IMG/VR virus record: IMGVR_UViG_3300035190_000600
Location: 1-44,028 of that record
Length of the DNA: 44,028 bases
Strand: one strand, 5' to 3'
DNA from: a virus
Taxonomy: Duplodnaviria > Caudoviricetes
Position numbers and translations under genes: made by a program. The notes beneath the pieces were generated by a model. That model saw nothing but the letters and a program-made list of their open reading frames with translations, was not told the origin of the DNA and made no database searches. Of this stretch, positions 15,793-26,188 are shown in pieces. How positions within the stretch are numbered: the stretch's first letter is position 1; each line of letters opens with the position of its first letter.

Positions 15793-17646
15793 TTATTCTT
15801 GTTTAGCGAACTGAGGGTTCTTAATCCACTTGCCGTTAGGAAGTCCAAGCACATTGTCGGTTTGCAAAAACCGCACATCATAGCCGCTTTCAACTAGCAG
15901 CAAGTACATAGCCGCACTAGCCGCTGCTTTTTCTTTGCCAGCAAATGCTTTGCCTGTTTTTGGATCTAACAGTTCTTTGTCAACCAATAGCTTTTTGATT
16001 TTGGTTTGAAGCTCTGGGTTAGCTTTAGGAACTGCAAAACCAGCATCATTTTCAAGGAAGTTTTCCTTAGGAATGTCTTGTGCTGACTTAATTGCGCTTG
16101 ATTCCGTTTTGTCAGTCTTCAACACTACTGTCGGAGCTTGCTTGGCCGCAGGTTGCGCAGGAGTTGCGGGTTTGGCAGCAGACGGCGTTGCCGCAGGTTG
16201 CGCAGTTGCTTGCCCACTACGACTAGCTTCAAACGCTTGCTGTTGCTGCACAATAGCCGCTTCGTCGTCTGCACGATATTGCTGTGCAAGGTTTTTGATA
16301 AAATCTTGTGGAGTAATTGTCGGAGGTGTCAACGTTTTTTGACCGTTCTCGTCAACAACTTCTTGCCGACCAAGTGCGCGTGCCTTACTTGCGTCATCTA
16401 AATTTTCAAATGTTTTTGAAGCCATCTGCACATATTCTGACGGAAGCTTTAGCTTGGGCGCAGCGGCCCTCAATTCTAGCGCAGCACGAGCTTCGATAGC
16501 GTCCGTCTTTGCTTTGTTATAGGTATCTACTTCAATTTGTCTGTTTTTAAACGCTTCTTCAAAGCCTACGGCAGGCGCAACAAACTCAGTCCCATCTGTT
16601 AGTTTTCGCGCAACCAACCCCTTTGCTGCATTGTCCATTGCAGTATCAAGTTCCTTGCCTTCAACTCCCGCCTTAAGCAAGTTTTGCGCATACACGGTTG
16701 CTTGCGTCACATTGGGGTTGTTGGTCTGACGACCCATTTCACGGGTTTGCGCAAGACGCAACGCAGCCGATTGATAGTTGTCAGCCTTAATGTTTTGCTG
16801 CGCCACTCCGTCAAGGATGGATTGCTCCATTTTGCGCAAATCGGCAAGCGCGGCTCGAGGATCTTGCGATGCCTCAAGAAGTTGCTGAATCTTAGCAGCA
16901 ATTTGCGGGTCGTTGACTGGTTGACCAAAGTTGTCTTCAGGCGTGTATGCGCCAGCAGCCATGCGATCTGCAACGCTTGACGCAAAAGCCATCCGGCCTG
17001 AGGAATCCAAGTCCTGCAACGCACGGCCTCGCGCCCACTCTCTAAACTTAGTTTGCTGTTCGCCAGACAAGCCTTGCGCAAGCTTTTCAGCAGCAGTTAA
17101 ACGATCTTCATACTGTTGCGCTAAAGCCTGCTCTTGGGGCGACAATCGCGGCCCCAAAATCAACTGCGCTTCAGAAAGCTTTGAAAAAGTTTGAGCTACA
17201 GTAGGGATCTTGCCAAACGGCGTATTTACTGATGCTCCCGTTGCTTTGGCTGCGCCCGACAAAGTTGAGTATGTTTTAGCTTCTCCAGCATACCGACCTA
17301 ATGCGCCTTGTTGCGCTTGAGTAACCTGTGTGCCCATACCCTCAATTGCGGTTTGTTCAGCGGCTACCTTGCTTCCTAAATCGCGCTGACCCAATTCATA
17401 GTTATGTTCATCAATTGCACGCTTTTCCTGCCCTGCTGCTCGAGCGTCTGCGTTTTGTGCAAGAGTAAGTCGATCCTGTTCTACTTGTTTCCTTCCCTCT
17501 TCCAATGCCATGCGCAATTGCATTTCTTGCTCTGCAAGATCTACTTTGCGCTTTTCAAAACCTAGCTGCATACCTTGGCTAAGGCCAGCAGCAATACCAG
17601 CCATTGCATTGTTGATGCCGCTGTTAGGACGAATGATTAGTGCCAT
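15793..17646 (-). CDS. Internal virion/ejection protein
   Basis: Ala/Gln-rich helical 617 aa; sits between the pilot protein and the giant protein. Confidence 0.65.
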   Translation of the reverse strand: MALIIRPNSGINNAMAGIAAGLSQGMQLGFEKRKVDLAEQEMQLRMALEEGRKQVEQDRLTLAQNADARAAGQEKRAIDEHNYELGQRDLGSKVAAEQTAIEGMGTQVTQAQQGALGRYAGEAKTYSTLSGAAKATGASVNTPFGKIPTVAQTFSKLSEAQLILGPRLSPQEQALAQQYEDRLTAAEKLAQGLSGEQQTKFREWARGRALQDLDSSGRMAFASSVADRMAAGAYTPEDNFGQPVNDPQIAAKIQQLLEASQDPRAALADLRKMEQSILDGVAQQNIKADNYQSAALRLAQTREMGRQTNNPNVTQATVYAQNLLKAGVEGKELDTAMDNAAKGLVARKLTDGTEFVAPAVGFEEAFKNRQIEVDTYNKAKTDAIEARAALELRAAAPKLKLPSEYVQMASKTFENLDDASKARALGRQEVVDENGQKTLTPPTITPQDFIKNLAQQYRADDEAAIVQQQQAFEASRSGQATAQPAATPSAAKPATPAQPAAKQAPTVVLKTDKTESSAIKSAQDIPKENFLENDAGFAVPKANPELQTKIKKLLVDKELLDPKTGKAFAGKEKAAASAAMYLLLVESGYDVRFLQTDNVLGLPNGKWIKNPQFAKQE

Positions 17647-17671
17647 AGCGTTGTGTTCCTAAACTTATTTA

Positions 17672-18319
17672 TTAGCCAGCCTTAGCTTTGTCTTTTCCGT
17701 ATGTCATTCCATACCCCAACAGCGCACCGCCGATTTGACCTAGGCCAGCCGTCCATGCGTTCGGATCTTGGAACTGAATGTTCGCAGTTGCACCAGCTTG
17801 TGCGCCAAGCAACGCCGTGTTCGCGCCTGCGTAGTTCTGGTAGAAGCCCGACATCGCGCCATACGCGCCCGCTTCTGCTGCTGCCTGCGCTTGTGCTAGT
17901 TGCCCTTTCATACCAGCAACCGACTCGTCAATACCCATCAGCGTGCGGCTAAGGTCGCTGCTAATGCCGCGTTGTGCGTTATCAAACGCAGTCGTGTTGT
18001 ACAAACCGCGCTGGGTCATGGACTGCTGCATTGCGCTGCCCATTTGCTTGGACTGATCGTATGCGCCTTGCTTGGCCGACTTGCCGTACATATCGGCAAA
18101 CTTATTGGCCTTTTCAAAACCCTTTTGCAGCGTGGGCAACACCATTGCTTGCTGCTGACGAGCCGCGCCGTAAAGCCAATCTTGATCCTTTTTGGCTTGG
18201 CCGTACAGCTTCATCATGTTCTTCATTTGCTTTTTTGCAGGGTCGTTGCTGCTGCCAAGCAAACCACCCAAAATGCTGCCACCAGCACTAATTAAACCTG
18301 CTCCAATAATCGGATCCAT
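17672..18319 (-). CDS. DNA pilot/ejection protein (P22 gp7-like)
   Basis: MDPIIGAGLISAGGSILGGLLG N-terminus, Gln/Ala-rich core, Gly-rich hydrophobic C-terminus. Confidence 0.7.
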   Translation of the reverse strand: MDPIIGAGLISAGGSILGGLLGSSNDPAKKQMKNMMKLYGQAKKDQDWLYGAARQQQAMVLPTLQKGFEKANKFADMYGKSAKQGAYDQSKQMGSAMQQSMTQRGLYNTTAFDNAQRGISSDLSRTLMGIDESVAGMKGQLAQAQAAAEAGAYGAMSGFYQNYAGANTALLGAQAGATANIQFQDPNAWTAGLGQIGGALLGYGMTYGKDKAKAG

Positions 18320-18702
18320 TAGTATCGCTCCTCGTCGTTTAGGATTTCGTTGCCTTCCACTACCGCCGTTCCGTGGACAAACGAGCAGCCGTAAAGCTGT
18401 GCGTCCCCTCGAACGATGGCTGATTCGTACACGCGGCTCTCGCCGTCGATTCTAGCGTTTCCTTCGATGACTGCTAGATCAAACACTTGCGCTTCGTGAC
18501 AGATGTATGCGTTGCCGCAAACATGGCTGTTGCCGTAAACCCAAGCTCGGTCAACGACCCATGCGTTGCCGTACACAAGCGCGTCAGGGCCAATGTAGAC
18601 GGTGTCGTCGTAGACCACGGTGTCAGCAATCCAGCCCCCGCCGTTGGCGTGCTGGTGGGCCGGTACAGGGCCGTTGCCGTCACCGAAGTCATAGGTGGTC
18701 AT
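18319..18702 (-). CDS. Hexapeptide-repeat (left-handed beta-helix) protein
   Basis: Repeats VYGNAW/VYGNSH/VCGNAY/IEGNAR/VRGDAQ after HQHANGGGWIA. Confidence 0.85.
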   Translation of the reverse strand: MTTYDFGDGNGPVPAHQHANGGGWIADTVVYDDTVYIGPDALVYGNAWVVDRAWVYGNSHVCGNAYICHEAQVFDLAVIEGNARIDGESRVYESAIVRGDAQLYGCSFVHGTAVVEGNEILNDEERY

Positions 18703-19886
18703 CGCTCAGTCACCACGACATGGCCCGTCAGCGTGACCGCCGAGGAGCTGGTGTTCTTGATGAAGGGGATGATGACCGACCCCGTGTAGATGCGGATGCC
18801 AGGGTCGCTGTACTTACTGGGCGTAGCAACATTGACCTGCGTGCATGACAGCAAGGTCAAGGGTCGAGCCACAATCAGCGACACCGCGCCAGCAACCAAG
18901 CTCGTGCCCAATGTAATCGACTGGATGCTGCGCACGCCCTTGTCGCCTGCCGCTAGCTGGAACCAGACCACCGTACCTAGCACAGGGCTAGGAGGGATCT
19001 GGTCGCCTGCAACGGCTAGGAGCGTGGCTGTGCGACCTGCTGTGCCTGCGCTGTTGGTGTAGCTGACCGTGCTGCCGCTAATCGCTGCTGCGTTCGTATT
19101 GGCCGTAGTGGTCAGCAGGCCGATGACATAGCCCTCGCCGTTCGTGCTGCCGTTCAGGTCACGAGCAGGGAAGGTGGGTGAAGTGATGGCCTGTGCCGTG
19201 GTCGTTGTCACCACGATGCCTGTGTTCACCCACACAACATCCGCCAGCATGATGGTGCAGAGCGTGGTCGTGGTCGCTGCCGTCTCGGTGATGTACAGAG
19301 AGCCGGTAGGTGTCCACAACTGCAATGCGCCGTTGTCCGCAGCGGTTGTGCCGTCCGTCGCTCGACCGTTCAGGCCCGGCGTGCCGGGTGACCACGCGCC
19401 TGTGAAGCCTGCGTCCTTGCCGAACGAGTACCAGTACGCCGTGCCCTCGGTCGCCGTGCCCACCTTGTTGATCGGGATCACACGACCCGTCACGCCCACA
19501 TTGACGGGGCTGTTCACCTTCTTGTCGCCCGTTGCGTCGTACACGCACCACTCGCTGCCGTCGTTCCATTGCAGCGACTCGCCAGCCATAAGCGTAGCCT
19601 TGAACAGGCAGTACTCCGTGCCGCTGACATCCTTCTTCACGGTCACGGTGTTGGTCGTGGTCGCATGACGGTTGAACACCGAGATCGACTTCACGCCGCG
19701 CTGCGTGCTGGCCGCAGGGGCAGCAACGATAACGGTAGTCGTCGCCGTGTTGATCGTGCCGTGCCCATCGCCTGGGGTAAACACCGTAGTCGTCGCGTCT
19801 ACCCACGACACCGCATAGTCGATGTCAGCCGTCGAGCTAGTCGTGAGGTCAATAGACTTGGTCGTTGCGTCGAGTGTGATTGCCAT
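18699..19886 (-). CDS. Thr-rich beta-structured virion protein (tail/receptor-binding candidate)
   Basis: Start MAITLDATT at 19886 overlapping the upstream stop; Thr/Gly-rich; located in the tail module. Confidence 0.7.
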   Translation of the reverse strand: MAITLDATTKSIDLTTSSTADIDYAVSWVDATTTVFTPGDGHGTINTATTTVIVAAPAASTQRGVKSISVFNRHATTTNTVTVKKDVSGTEYCLFKATLMAGESLQWNDGSEWCVYDATGDKKVNSPVNVGVTGRVIPINKVGTATEGTAYWYSFGKDAGFTGAWSPGTPGLNGRATDGTTAADNGALQLWTPTGSLYITETAATTTTLCTIMLADVVWVNTGIVVTTTTAQAITSPTFPARDLNGSTNGEGYVIGLLTTTANTNAAAISGSTVSYTNSAGTAGRTATLLAVAGDQIPPSPVLGTVVWFQLAAGDKGVRSIQSITLGTSLVAGAVSLIVARPLTLLSCTQVNVATPSKYSDPGIRIYTGSVIIPFIKNTSSSAVTLTGHVVVTER

Positions 19887-20647
19887 CAGAAGCTCCCAAA
19901 CGAGGCAATGGTTAGCGCGTTGGCTTGGCTTAGACCGCCACCGCCGCCACCGCCAGGCGCGGCCCATGTGCCGTCTGCGCGAAGGAAGTTAGTCGTACCG
20001 CCGCCGCTTAGAGGCGTAAGGCCAGCATCCGTATCCGTAAACAAAGGAAGCGTTACATCCGTACCCGTGCTGCTCGTAAGTTCGCGGGTAGCCGCCGTGT
20101 AGCCAAGATCGGTACTAACCGTGCCCCAAGTACCATCGCCAAGTAGGGCTTCAGTAGCGACACCAGAGAGCTTTGGAAGCAGTCCATGGGCAGTAGTTGA
20201 GCTATCTAGACTTGTAGTGTCTGTCGGGGGCGCGCATTCATCTAAACGCGGCAGCGGGTACGCAGGAACGCGATACGCGCCATCGCCGGATAGGAATTTC
20301 GTCGTGCTACCGTCCAACGCAGGCATAAGACCTGCGCGGCCCGAAGTAGCCACAGGAATGTTGGCAGCAAGTTTTCCATTAGATGTTTTAAGCGTGCTGT
20401 CCGTTTGCAGCGTCAGCGTCAGCGGACTGTTGTTGGTAACCGTAAGCGGCGGCGCAATATTTAATACAAGGTTGCCATTGCTATCTAGCGTAAAAGCTCC
20501 AGCAAGACCAAGCGTGATTTGTCCACGCTCGTTCAGCGTAATCGGCGCGGCTACAGTTTCGTCCGTGGTCAGCGAGTTGCGCCGCTGACGCTGAGGGTCG
20601 ATATTGCGAGCTTGCCCAGATAGGCCAATACGCTTCGGATCAGGCAT
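19886..20647 (-). CDS. Tail fibre/needle with beta-spiral-like shaft and three FLxGDGTW-type repeats
   Basis: Start MPDPKR at 20647; PLTVTNNSPLTL-type repeats; AGLMP..FLSGDG, HGLLP..LLGDGTW, AGLTP..FLRADGTW. Confidence 0.7.
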   Translation of the reverse strand: MPDPKRIGLSGQARNIDPQRQRRNSLTTDETVAAPITLNERGQITLGLAGAFTLDSNGNLVLNIAPPLTVTNNSPLTLTLQTDSTLKTSNGKLAANIPVATSGRAGLMPALDGSTTKFLSGDGAYRVPAYPLPRLDECAPPTDTTSLDSSTTAHGLLPKLSGVATEALLGDGTWGTVSTDLGYTAATRELTSSTGTDVTLPLFTDTDAGLTPLSGGGTTNFLRADGTWAAPGGGGGGGLSQANALTIASFGSF

Positions 20648-23600
20648 TACGCTTCCTTCCGGCGGGGAACGCATCTAGCCGCATAGACTCAAGCGACCAC
20701 CGCGTGAACGCATTAGCTTGCTGTAGCTCGACCCACACGAATGCGCCTCGCGCACGCACGAGGTGAATCGGGTTGCGCCCAGGCACAAACTGACCGCTTG
20801 CCACAGGCTCACCGCGCTCGTCCGGCGTTGTGCTTGCGTACAGCTTGTAGTTGACCGCACCCTGCTTTGCCATGACGGCGGCAAGGTTAGTGATGCGCGA
20901 ATCAAACTCGCTGTCGTCAGGCGCGACAGGGCCGATGACTACTTTGCTTTCGACAATCTGGCCGTCGTCGCTAGTGGCGTTTTTGTCCCACTTAACTACG
21001 CTGGCATCGTAAGTGCCAATAAGCAGACAGCGGTCGTCAGCAGCATCGCCGTCAACGATAACTGCGGCAGACGGCTGCTTGGTCACATGGAACTTGTCCT
21101 CGTACCATGCGCCCGCCTTGCGCTCCCAAAAGTAGTGCTTGGTTTGGGTAGCTGTGTCGGTAAACGGCATCAGCAGCAAATGCAAACCATCGTCGTATGT
21201 GTTCCAGAACATCTCGACATAGAACTGCGACAAGTTGACCTCGGTCAAACGCCGCTCAATAGTCGGTTGCGTCATAGACACAGGGATGCCGCCTGGCTTC
21301 ATCATGTACACGCCGCCGCGTGAACCAAAGAAGTACAGCGTGCCTTCGGGGTCTTTGGCCCACGAGCGGCCAAACGCAACGCCGGTGACATCGCTGACGA
21401 GATCAAACACGCCGCCAGCCATCGGGTCGCCGCGCATCATCCACAGCGACGAATCGCAGCCAAACAGCAACAAGTCGTCGTTGTACGGGATCAGACTGTT
21501 AATCAAGTCAGGGCACAATCCAGCGCGTGCGTTGTTGCCGCTGATAGCTTGCGTAGCGGTCTGTACCGGCGGGAAAGTATCCCAGCCGTTTGGATTGCCT
21601 TGCTCGCTCATGTGCCAGTTGTGCGGGTCATCCGCACCACGGGCTAGCACGGCGCGTCCACGCCAATTGGTTAACAGCTTGCAGCGGTTCGGAAGCGTGC
21701 CTGCGTCTGTTGCTTGCCACTCAGACACAATGTCGTTGCGCGGGTCGTACACGCGATACGACAAGCCGTCAGTAAGATAAATCTTACCAAACAAAACTGC
21801 GCTGTCGATGTACGGTGCGCCTGCATCTAATTGAGGCGGTTGCAAACTTGCAACATTTGTTGGCGATGACACTCCAGCAGAAGTAATTTTCTTTACTGCG
21901 CCTCCGCTAATAGCAATTAAAACTTGTGCGCGAGGAGATGGATTACTAATTGCATTTGCGCTTTCTACCAACTCGTATCGCTCAACAGTTGTTTCGTCGC
22001 CAACTGCGTCTTTAAGCAAATAAACATTTTCTGCACGCGGGTAAGTGTTTACATCAAGCGGATCCGGCGTTGCAGGAAAGTCATCTGTCGGTTGGTTGCC
22101 AATGCGATATGCCGGAGAAATTTTTTCTGGAGCAGCTTGATTTACTAAAGAATCGCTTTCTTTGCTTAAAATTGGGACTAAAGTAATGGTAGGATTAAAT
22201 TCAGTTGATTCATACCCATACACAGTAAATCCATTTTTTAACGGCAATGTAGGTTCAACATAATCGCCATTATAATCTGCGTACCACGGATAGTAAGCAT
22301 TGCCAAAAGAATCCAAAGACAATTTTGGCATACATTCGTTTTGGCCGAAATTAGTTGGAGCTAAACGCTCAACTTTACTAGTTGACGACCATTGTTGTGT
22401 TGGATTACCAGCTCCGTTTAGCTCCAAAGAAAGTCTATTTGCAAGTGGGCCTGAAGATGTTACATCCGCCAAAACAAATACACTATTTTTATAGAATTTT
22501 GTTTGTACGCCGCCAGCGGTGCTAATCCATTTTGTTTCGCCGTCAATTGAATTTAAAACACCAGTATATGGCGATACGCTATCTAATCTTAAAACATATG
22601 AACTAGTTGCGTCTTCGCTGATGACTGGGCCATTTGCAAAATTGTACGAGTGCGCAAAGTTACCAGGGTTATATGTTTGTTCCATGCCTAAAATAGGCGC
22701 AACATAAGCACCGCTAGGCAGTAACTGTTGAATGCCATATTTCCAAGCTAAATAACCTTCAATTTTTTCGCATAGGGTATCGGTGTTAAAAACATACGGA
22801 GCCGCTGCACTATACAATGCAACCGGATTTACAGTCCAAGTGCCTGTGTTTACTCCAATGTTAGTAAGATTGCCTAATAACACTCCGTTTGCCGGAAATG
22901 AATTAGCTAGATTTTGCCGATTAACTACAGTATCTTGCGAAACAAGCGGAACAATAACGCCGTTTGGCGATTGAGCTACATCTCCGCGTTGAAAACGCAA
23001 CGCAGCGTCAGGTGCATTGCCAGTACGAAGCGCAAACCATCCGGCAGCGTCACTAACAAAAGTATTTGATGCCGTATAAGGACTGCCAATATCGAAGGCA
23101 GTTTGATATACAGTAGGGGAAATTGTAATTGCCGGATAACCTTCATTAATTTGGCTAACACTAAAAGTATGCGTGCTTGTTTTTGATGCCAAGCCTAGTG
23201 TACGCGGATAAGGAGGAACATAAGTTTGATCAATGTTGTGTACAGTAATAATTTCTGCAATTTCTCCTTGGAACCAATTTGTTGAAGTACTTGATTGAAC
23301 ACTTAACCCAGATGCGTTGCTAGGCCGACCCAAATAAAAACCTGCGTCGGCAGTTAAGCTCATGCCTACCCAACGATCAATTGGCTTACCGTTAAATCTA
23401 AAGCAACAAGGTGCGGTTTCGTCTTTGCCTGAATAAATTAATGTTAAAATAGATGCTTTGTTGCTGCTATCAAGTGTAGCCATTGCAGGCAATCTATATT
23501 TACCTGCGCCAACCATGCTTGTCCGCGCACCGCTTTGCGTTAAAGACGGCTGCGGCTGATAATTTACAGTATGATAATGAATATAACCGTTTGGAAGTTG

Positions 23601-25007
23601 CTCCAAAAATGCCCACGATGGTGAGCAATCTGGAGAAGCAAAAACACATACTTTATCGCTGCTTACATTGTTTGTGCTTGCTACTCTTAAATCTTGAGCT
23701 TTGTGAATAGTAACATTAATGTCATGTTTTTCGGTACTAGTAGTATCAACGCCAAACAAATACATACCGTTGACAATCGGATTGTCTTCCGTGGCAACCT
23801 TAGGTCTAAAAACAATATGAATTGCCCATTTTGCATTTTCATAATTAGGGTACGCAGATGCAGAAGCAGAAGTTGATGCAGCACTAGTTGGGTGATTACC
23901 CTGCGTATACAGTTGCGCTGCACCGTCAAAATAAAAACATGGCTTGCCACCAAAGGCTGTCTTTTTAAATTGCGGCCCGTTTTCCAAGAGCGTGTGCGCT
24001 AAATCTCTGCCATTGCCGCTTTTGTCTAACCAAGCATCAATTCTAGAATTTTCAGTTAAATAGCTATAATCGCCTGCATCGTACCATGACCACAATTTGT
24101 CAGAAGGAATTTCTGCTGGAGTCCAAGAAACAAATGACTTACGAAAATCTGGATATAGATCCGAGTCCCGTTGCGATCTTTTTAAACTGCGTGGTGACGC
24201 AAACGCTACATTGCCGTTTTCATTTACATCAATATCGCAAGCTGGATAAGGTAGTTGACGACGATATGCCTCTTCTAGGCCAGTCGTATAAATGTCGCTG
24301 TAAGCAACACCATATCCGTTTTCTAGTAACGGATCATTAGCGCAAGCGTACAGCAATCCATTTTTTAAAGTTAATTGTTCAATTGTTAGATTAGGGCTAA
24401 AGCTATATTCAAGCGAAGGCGATGTGCCAGTTTCTGTCTCTTTGTAGCACCAAATTTTAGATTTACCAAGGCTTTGCGTGTTAGCAAGCGCAGAAGATGC
24501 CGTTGTCAAAGATAACGGATTTTTATGACCTGTAGCAACCCATAAATATCCAAAGCCGTCTACAGCTAAACCTCTAAGATGTAAATTGTTATCTGTAATT
24601 GCTGGTGTTAATGTGTAAATTAATACACCGTTTTTGTTCCATTTTTGAACAGAACGGCCTGAGTCAATTACATAAACATTTTCTTTGTTATCTACAACTG
24701 CATATGTACTTGGTTGATTGCTGCCATTTGTTTCATCCCACATCAATTTTAGGTTGGCCGCAGACAACGGCACATACCGCAGTTGACGGTTGTCGTACAC
24801 AACCTTCTCAAACCGCTTGATACGCGCATCCATCGTTTCCACGGTAAACTTTGTAAGACCGCTTCGTTGCGCGCCGCGAATGCGTCCTGTGATGGGGTCT
24901 TGACCCCGCACATTGATTGCTTCGTTTGTAGTTCCGCTGGGCTGCTTGGACTGCGCGACATTGTCGTTTAGTCCACCAAGCGGAAACTGTAGCTCAAAGT
25001 TTGCCAT
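20640..25007 (-). CDS. Tail nozzle/tubular protein B-like with large AT-rich lectin (LamG-like) insertion
   Basis: FPLGGLND N-terminus and beta-propeller-like C-terminus typical of podoviral nozzles; central WYDA..WLDKSGNG..FDG..GEIAEII..IEGYLAWKYG. Confidence 0.75.
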   Translation of the reverse strand: MANFELQFPLGGLNDNVAQSKQPSGTTNEAINVRGQDPITGRIRGAQRSGLTKFTVETMDARIKRFEKVVYDNRQLRYVPLSAANLKLMWDETNGSNQPSTYAVVDNKENVYVIDSGRSVQKWNKNGVLIYTLTPAITDNNLHLRGLAVDGFGYLWVATGHKNPLSLTTASSALANTQSLGKSKIWCYKETETGTSPSLEYSFSPNLTIEQLTLKNGLLYACANDPLLENGYGVAYSDIYTTGLEEAYRRQLPYPACDIDVNENGNVAFASPRSLKRSQRDSDLYPDFRKSFVSWTPAEIPSDKLWSWYDAGDYSYLTENSRIDAWLDKSGNGRDLAHTLLENGPQFKKTAFGGKPCFYFDGAAQLYTQGNHPTSAASTSASASAYPNYENAKWAIHIVFRPKVATEDNPIVNGMYLFGVDTTSTEKHDINVTIHKAQDLRVASTNNVSSDKVCVFASPDCSPSWAFLEQLPNGYIHYHTVNYQPQPSLTQSGARTSMVGAGKYRLPAMATLDSSNKASILTLIYSGKDETAPCCFRFNGKPIDRWVGMSLTADAGFYLGRPSNASGLSVQSSTSTNWFQGEIAEIITVHNIDQTYVPPYPRTLGLASKTSTHTFSVSQINEGYPAITISPTVYQTAFDIGSPYTASNTFVSDAAGWFALRTGNAPDAALRFQRGDVAQSPNGVIVPLVSQDTVVNRQNLANSFPANGVLLGNLTNIGVNTGTWTVNPVALYSAAAPYVFNTDTLCEKIEGYLAWKYGIQQLLPSGAYVAPILGMEQTYNPGNFAHSYNFANGPVISEDATSSYVLRLDSVSPYTGVLNSIDGETKWISTAGGVQTKFYKNSVFVLADVTSSGPLANRLSLELNGAGNPTQQWSSTSKVERLAPTNFGQNECMPKLSLDSFGNAYYPWYADYNGDYVEPTLPLKNGFTVYGYESTEFNPTITLVPILSKESDSLVNQAAPEKISPAYRIGNQPTDDFPATPDPLDVNTYPRAENVYLLKDAVGDETTVERYELVESANAISNPSPRAQVLIAISGGAVKKITSAGVSSPTNVASLQPPQLDAGAPYIDSAVLFGKIYLTDGLSYRVYDPRNDIVSEWQATDAGTLPNRCKLLTNWRGRAVLARGADDPHNWHMSEQGNPNGWDTFPPVQTATQAISGNNARAGLCPDLINSLIPYNDDLLLFGCDSSLWMMRGDPMAGGVFDLVSDVTGVAFGRSWAKDPEGTLYFFGSRGGVYMMKPGGIPVSMTQPTIERRLTEVNLSQFYVEMFWNTYDDGLHLLLMPFTDTATQTKHYFWERKAGAWYEDKFHVTKQPSAAVIVDGDAADDRCLLIGTYDASVVKWDKNATSDDGQIVESKVVIGPVAPDDSEFDSRITNLAAVMAKQGAVNYKLYASTTPDERGEPVASGQFVPGRNPIHLVRARGAFVWVELQQANAFTRWSLESMRLDAFPAGRKRNA

Positions 25008-25010
25008 GGG

Positions 25011-25376
25011 TTACTGCGGGCGGTAGAACGCTGTCATTGAAGTAACACCACCCCCGCCTGCAAATCGAATGTGAAACCCGCCAGGCATAAATACACCTGC
25101 ATCGCCACCAAGGTCAAACGAATGAGTCCCTTGACTTGGAGCCGCAAAGCTAAAGACAGCTAAACCGTTAGCTAGGTGAACTGAACAAGTATTTCCTGTT
25201 GCTGTTGCGGTAAATTTTACGGTCTGAAGAATTGCATTGCGGTAACTTGTTTTAAAAACAGAGCTTGCATAAGTCGCCGTGTTTCCGCCAATGCCATCTG
25301 TGGGATATGCGTCGGTAGCGGCAACTGTTTGCGTTACCCAGTTACACGGTTGATTTTCGTAGATGTTTTCGGCCAT
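25011..25376 (-). CDS. Small virion protein
   Basis: 121-aa beta-rich ORF between adaptor and nozzle. Confidence 0.65.
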   Translation of the reverse strand: MAENIYENQPCNWVTQTVAATDAYPTDGIGGNTATYASSVFKTSYRNAILQTVKFTATATGNTCSVHLANGLAVFSFAAPSQGTHSFDLGGDAGVFMPGGFHIRFAGGGGVTSMTAFYRPQ

Positions 25377-25386
25377 GACTCAGATT

Positions 25387-26130
25387 TCAGGGTGTGGGGT
25401 TTCCAACGGTGTAGGGAGAAGCCGGAACGCCAGGGAGGTAGGTTCCCACGGCACTCAGACCAGTTTGCAGCGGAGGCCCGTATTGGTGTTGGATCATACC
25501 ATCGCGCTCTGCGCAAGTAAGGAACAGCACGCCGGTGTACAAAGCCTGCAATCGCGTGTCGAGCGATGCCTGATCTTCTTCCTCGTAGCCTCGGGCGAAG
25601 GCGCGGAGGATCTGGATGTACAGCGGCTCAAGGTATTCGGGGATGTTGATTTGCGAGGACTCGTCTAGGTTGAGCGGAGGAGTCCAGCCAGAGCGGTAGT
25701 AGATGGTTAGGGCTTGGTTGTCGGTGCTTACCGGCGTGGGGTAAAGCTCAAGAATCGGAATGGGCGCACCGCCTGTCGGATTAGCTCGGCTCACAAGCGC
25801 AACCCAAGTCATGGCGAGGCCCACTCCGATATTGTGGGAGCGCAGCCGCGAGATCTCGTTAATGGAGGTGATGCGGACGCGATTAACGAGTCCCTGCGTG
25901 AACTGGATGGAAATAACATCGCGCAGGTCGGACGGGCAGGTCGAATACGACTGGCCGCTTGTAAAGCCGATATACGCGGATTGACGCTCTAGCCACTTCC
26001 ACTCGTGCATGGTGCAGAGGAATTGGCCCGCTTGATTGATGACCGTCATGGGGTCAATCGTCTGCGAAGGCAAGGCGTTGCCTAGCGTGTGGCGGATGTG
26101 ATCTACGCAGCGGGCGGCGGTTAGCGTCAT
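25387..26130 (-). CDS. Head-tail adaptor/tail tubular protein A-like
   Basis: INQA..WKWL..Y.CPSD..LELYPTP..IPE pattern; position after the capsid genes. Confidence 0.7.
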   Translation of the reverse strand: MTLTAARCVDHIRHTLGNALPSQTIDPMTVINQAGQFLCTMHEWKWLERQSAYIGFTSGQSYSTCPSDLRDVISIQFTQGLVNRVRITSINEISRLRSHNIGVGLAMTWVALVSRANPTGGAPIPILELYPTPVSTDNQALTIYYRSGWTPPLNLDESSQINIPEYLEPLYIQILRAFARGYEEEDQASLDTRLQALYTGVLFLTCAERDGMIQHQYGPPLQTGLSAVGTYLPGVPASPYTVGNPTP

Positions 26131-26147
26131 GGTGTGCGGTGGGGTGT

Positions 26148-26174
26148 GGGGGAGACGGTCGCGCCGCCTCCCCC
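26148..26174 (-). terminator. Stem-loop after the capsid/decoration genes
   Basis: gggggagacgg...ccgcctccccc inverted repeat; no clear U-tract. Confidence 0.45.
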
Positions 26175-26188
26175 GACGAGTTAGTTAC

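Noticed and set aside
16138-16212. Short DNA repeats
   Set aside because: They simply encode a Pro/Ala linker (QPAATPSAAKPATPAQPAAK)
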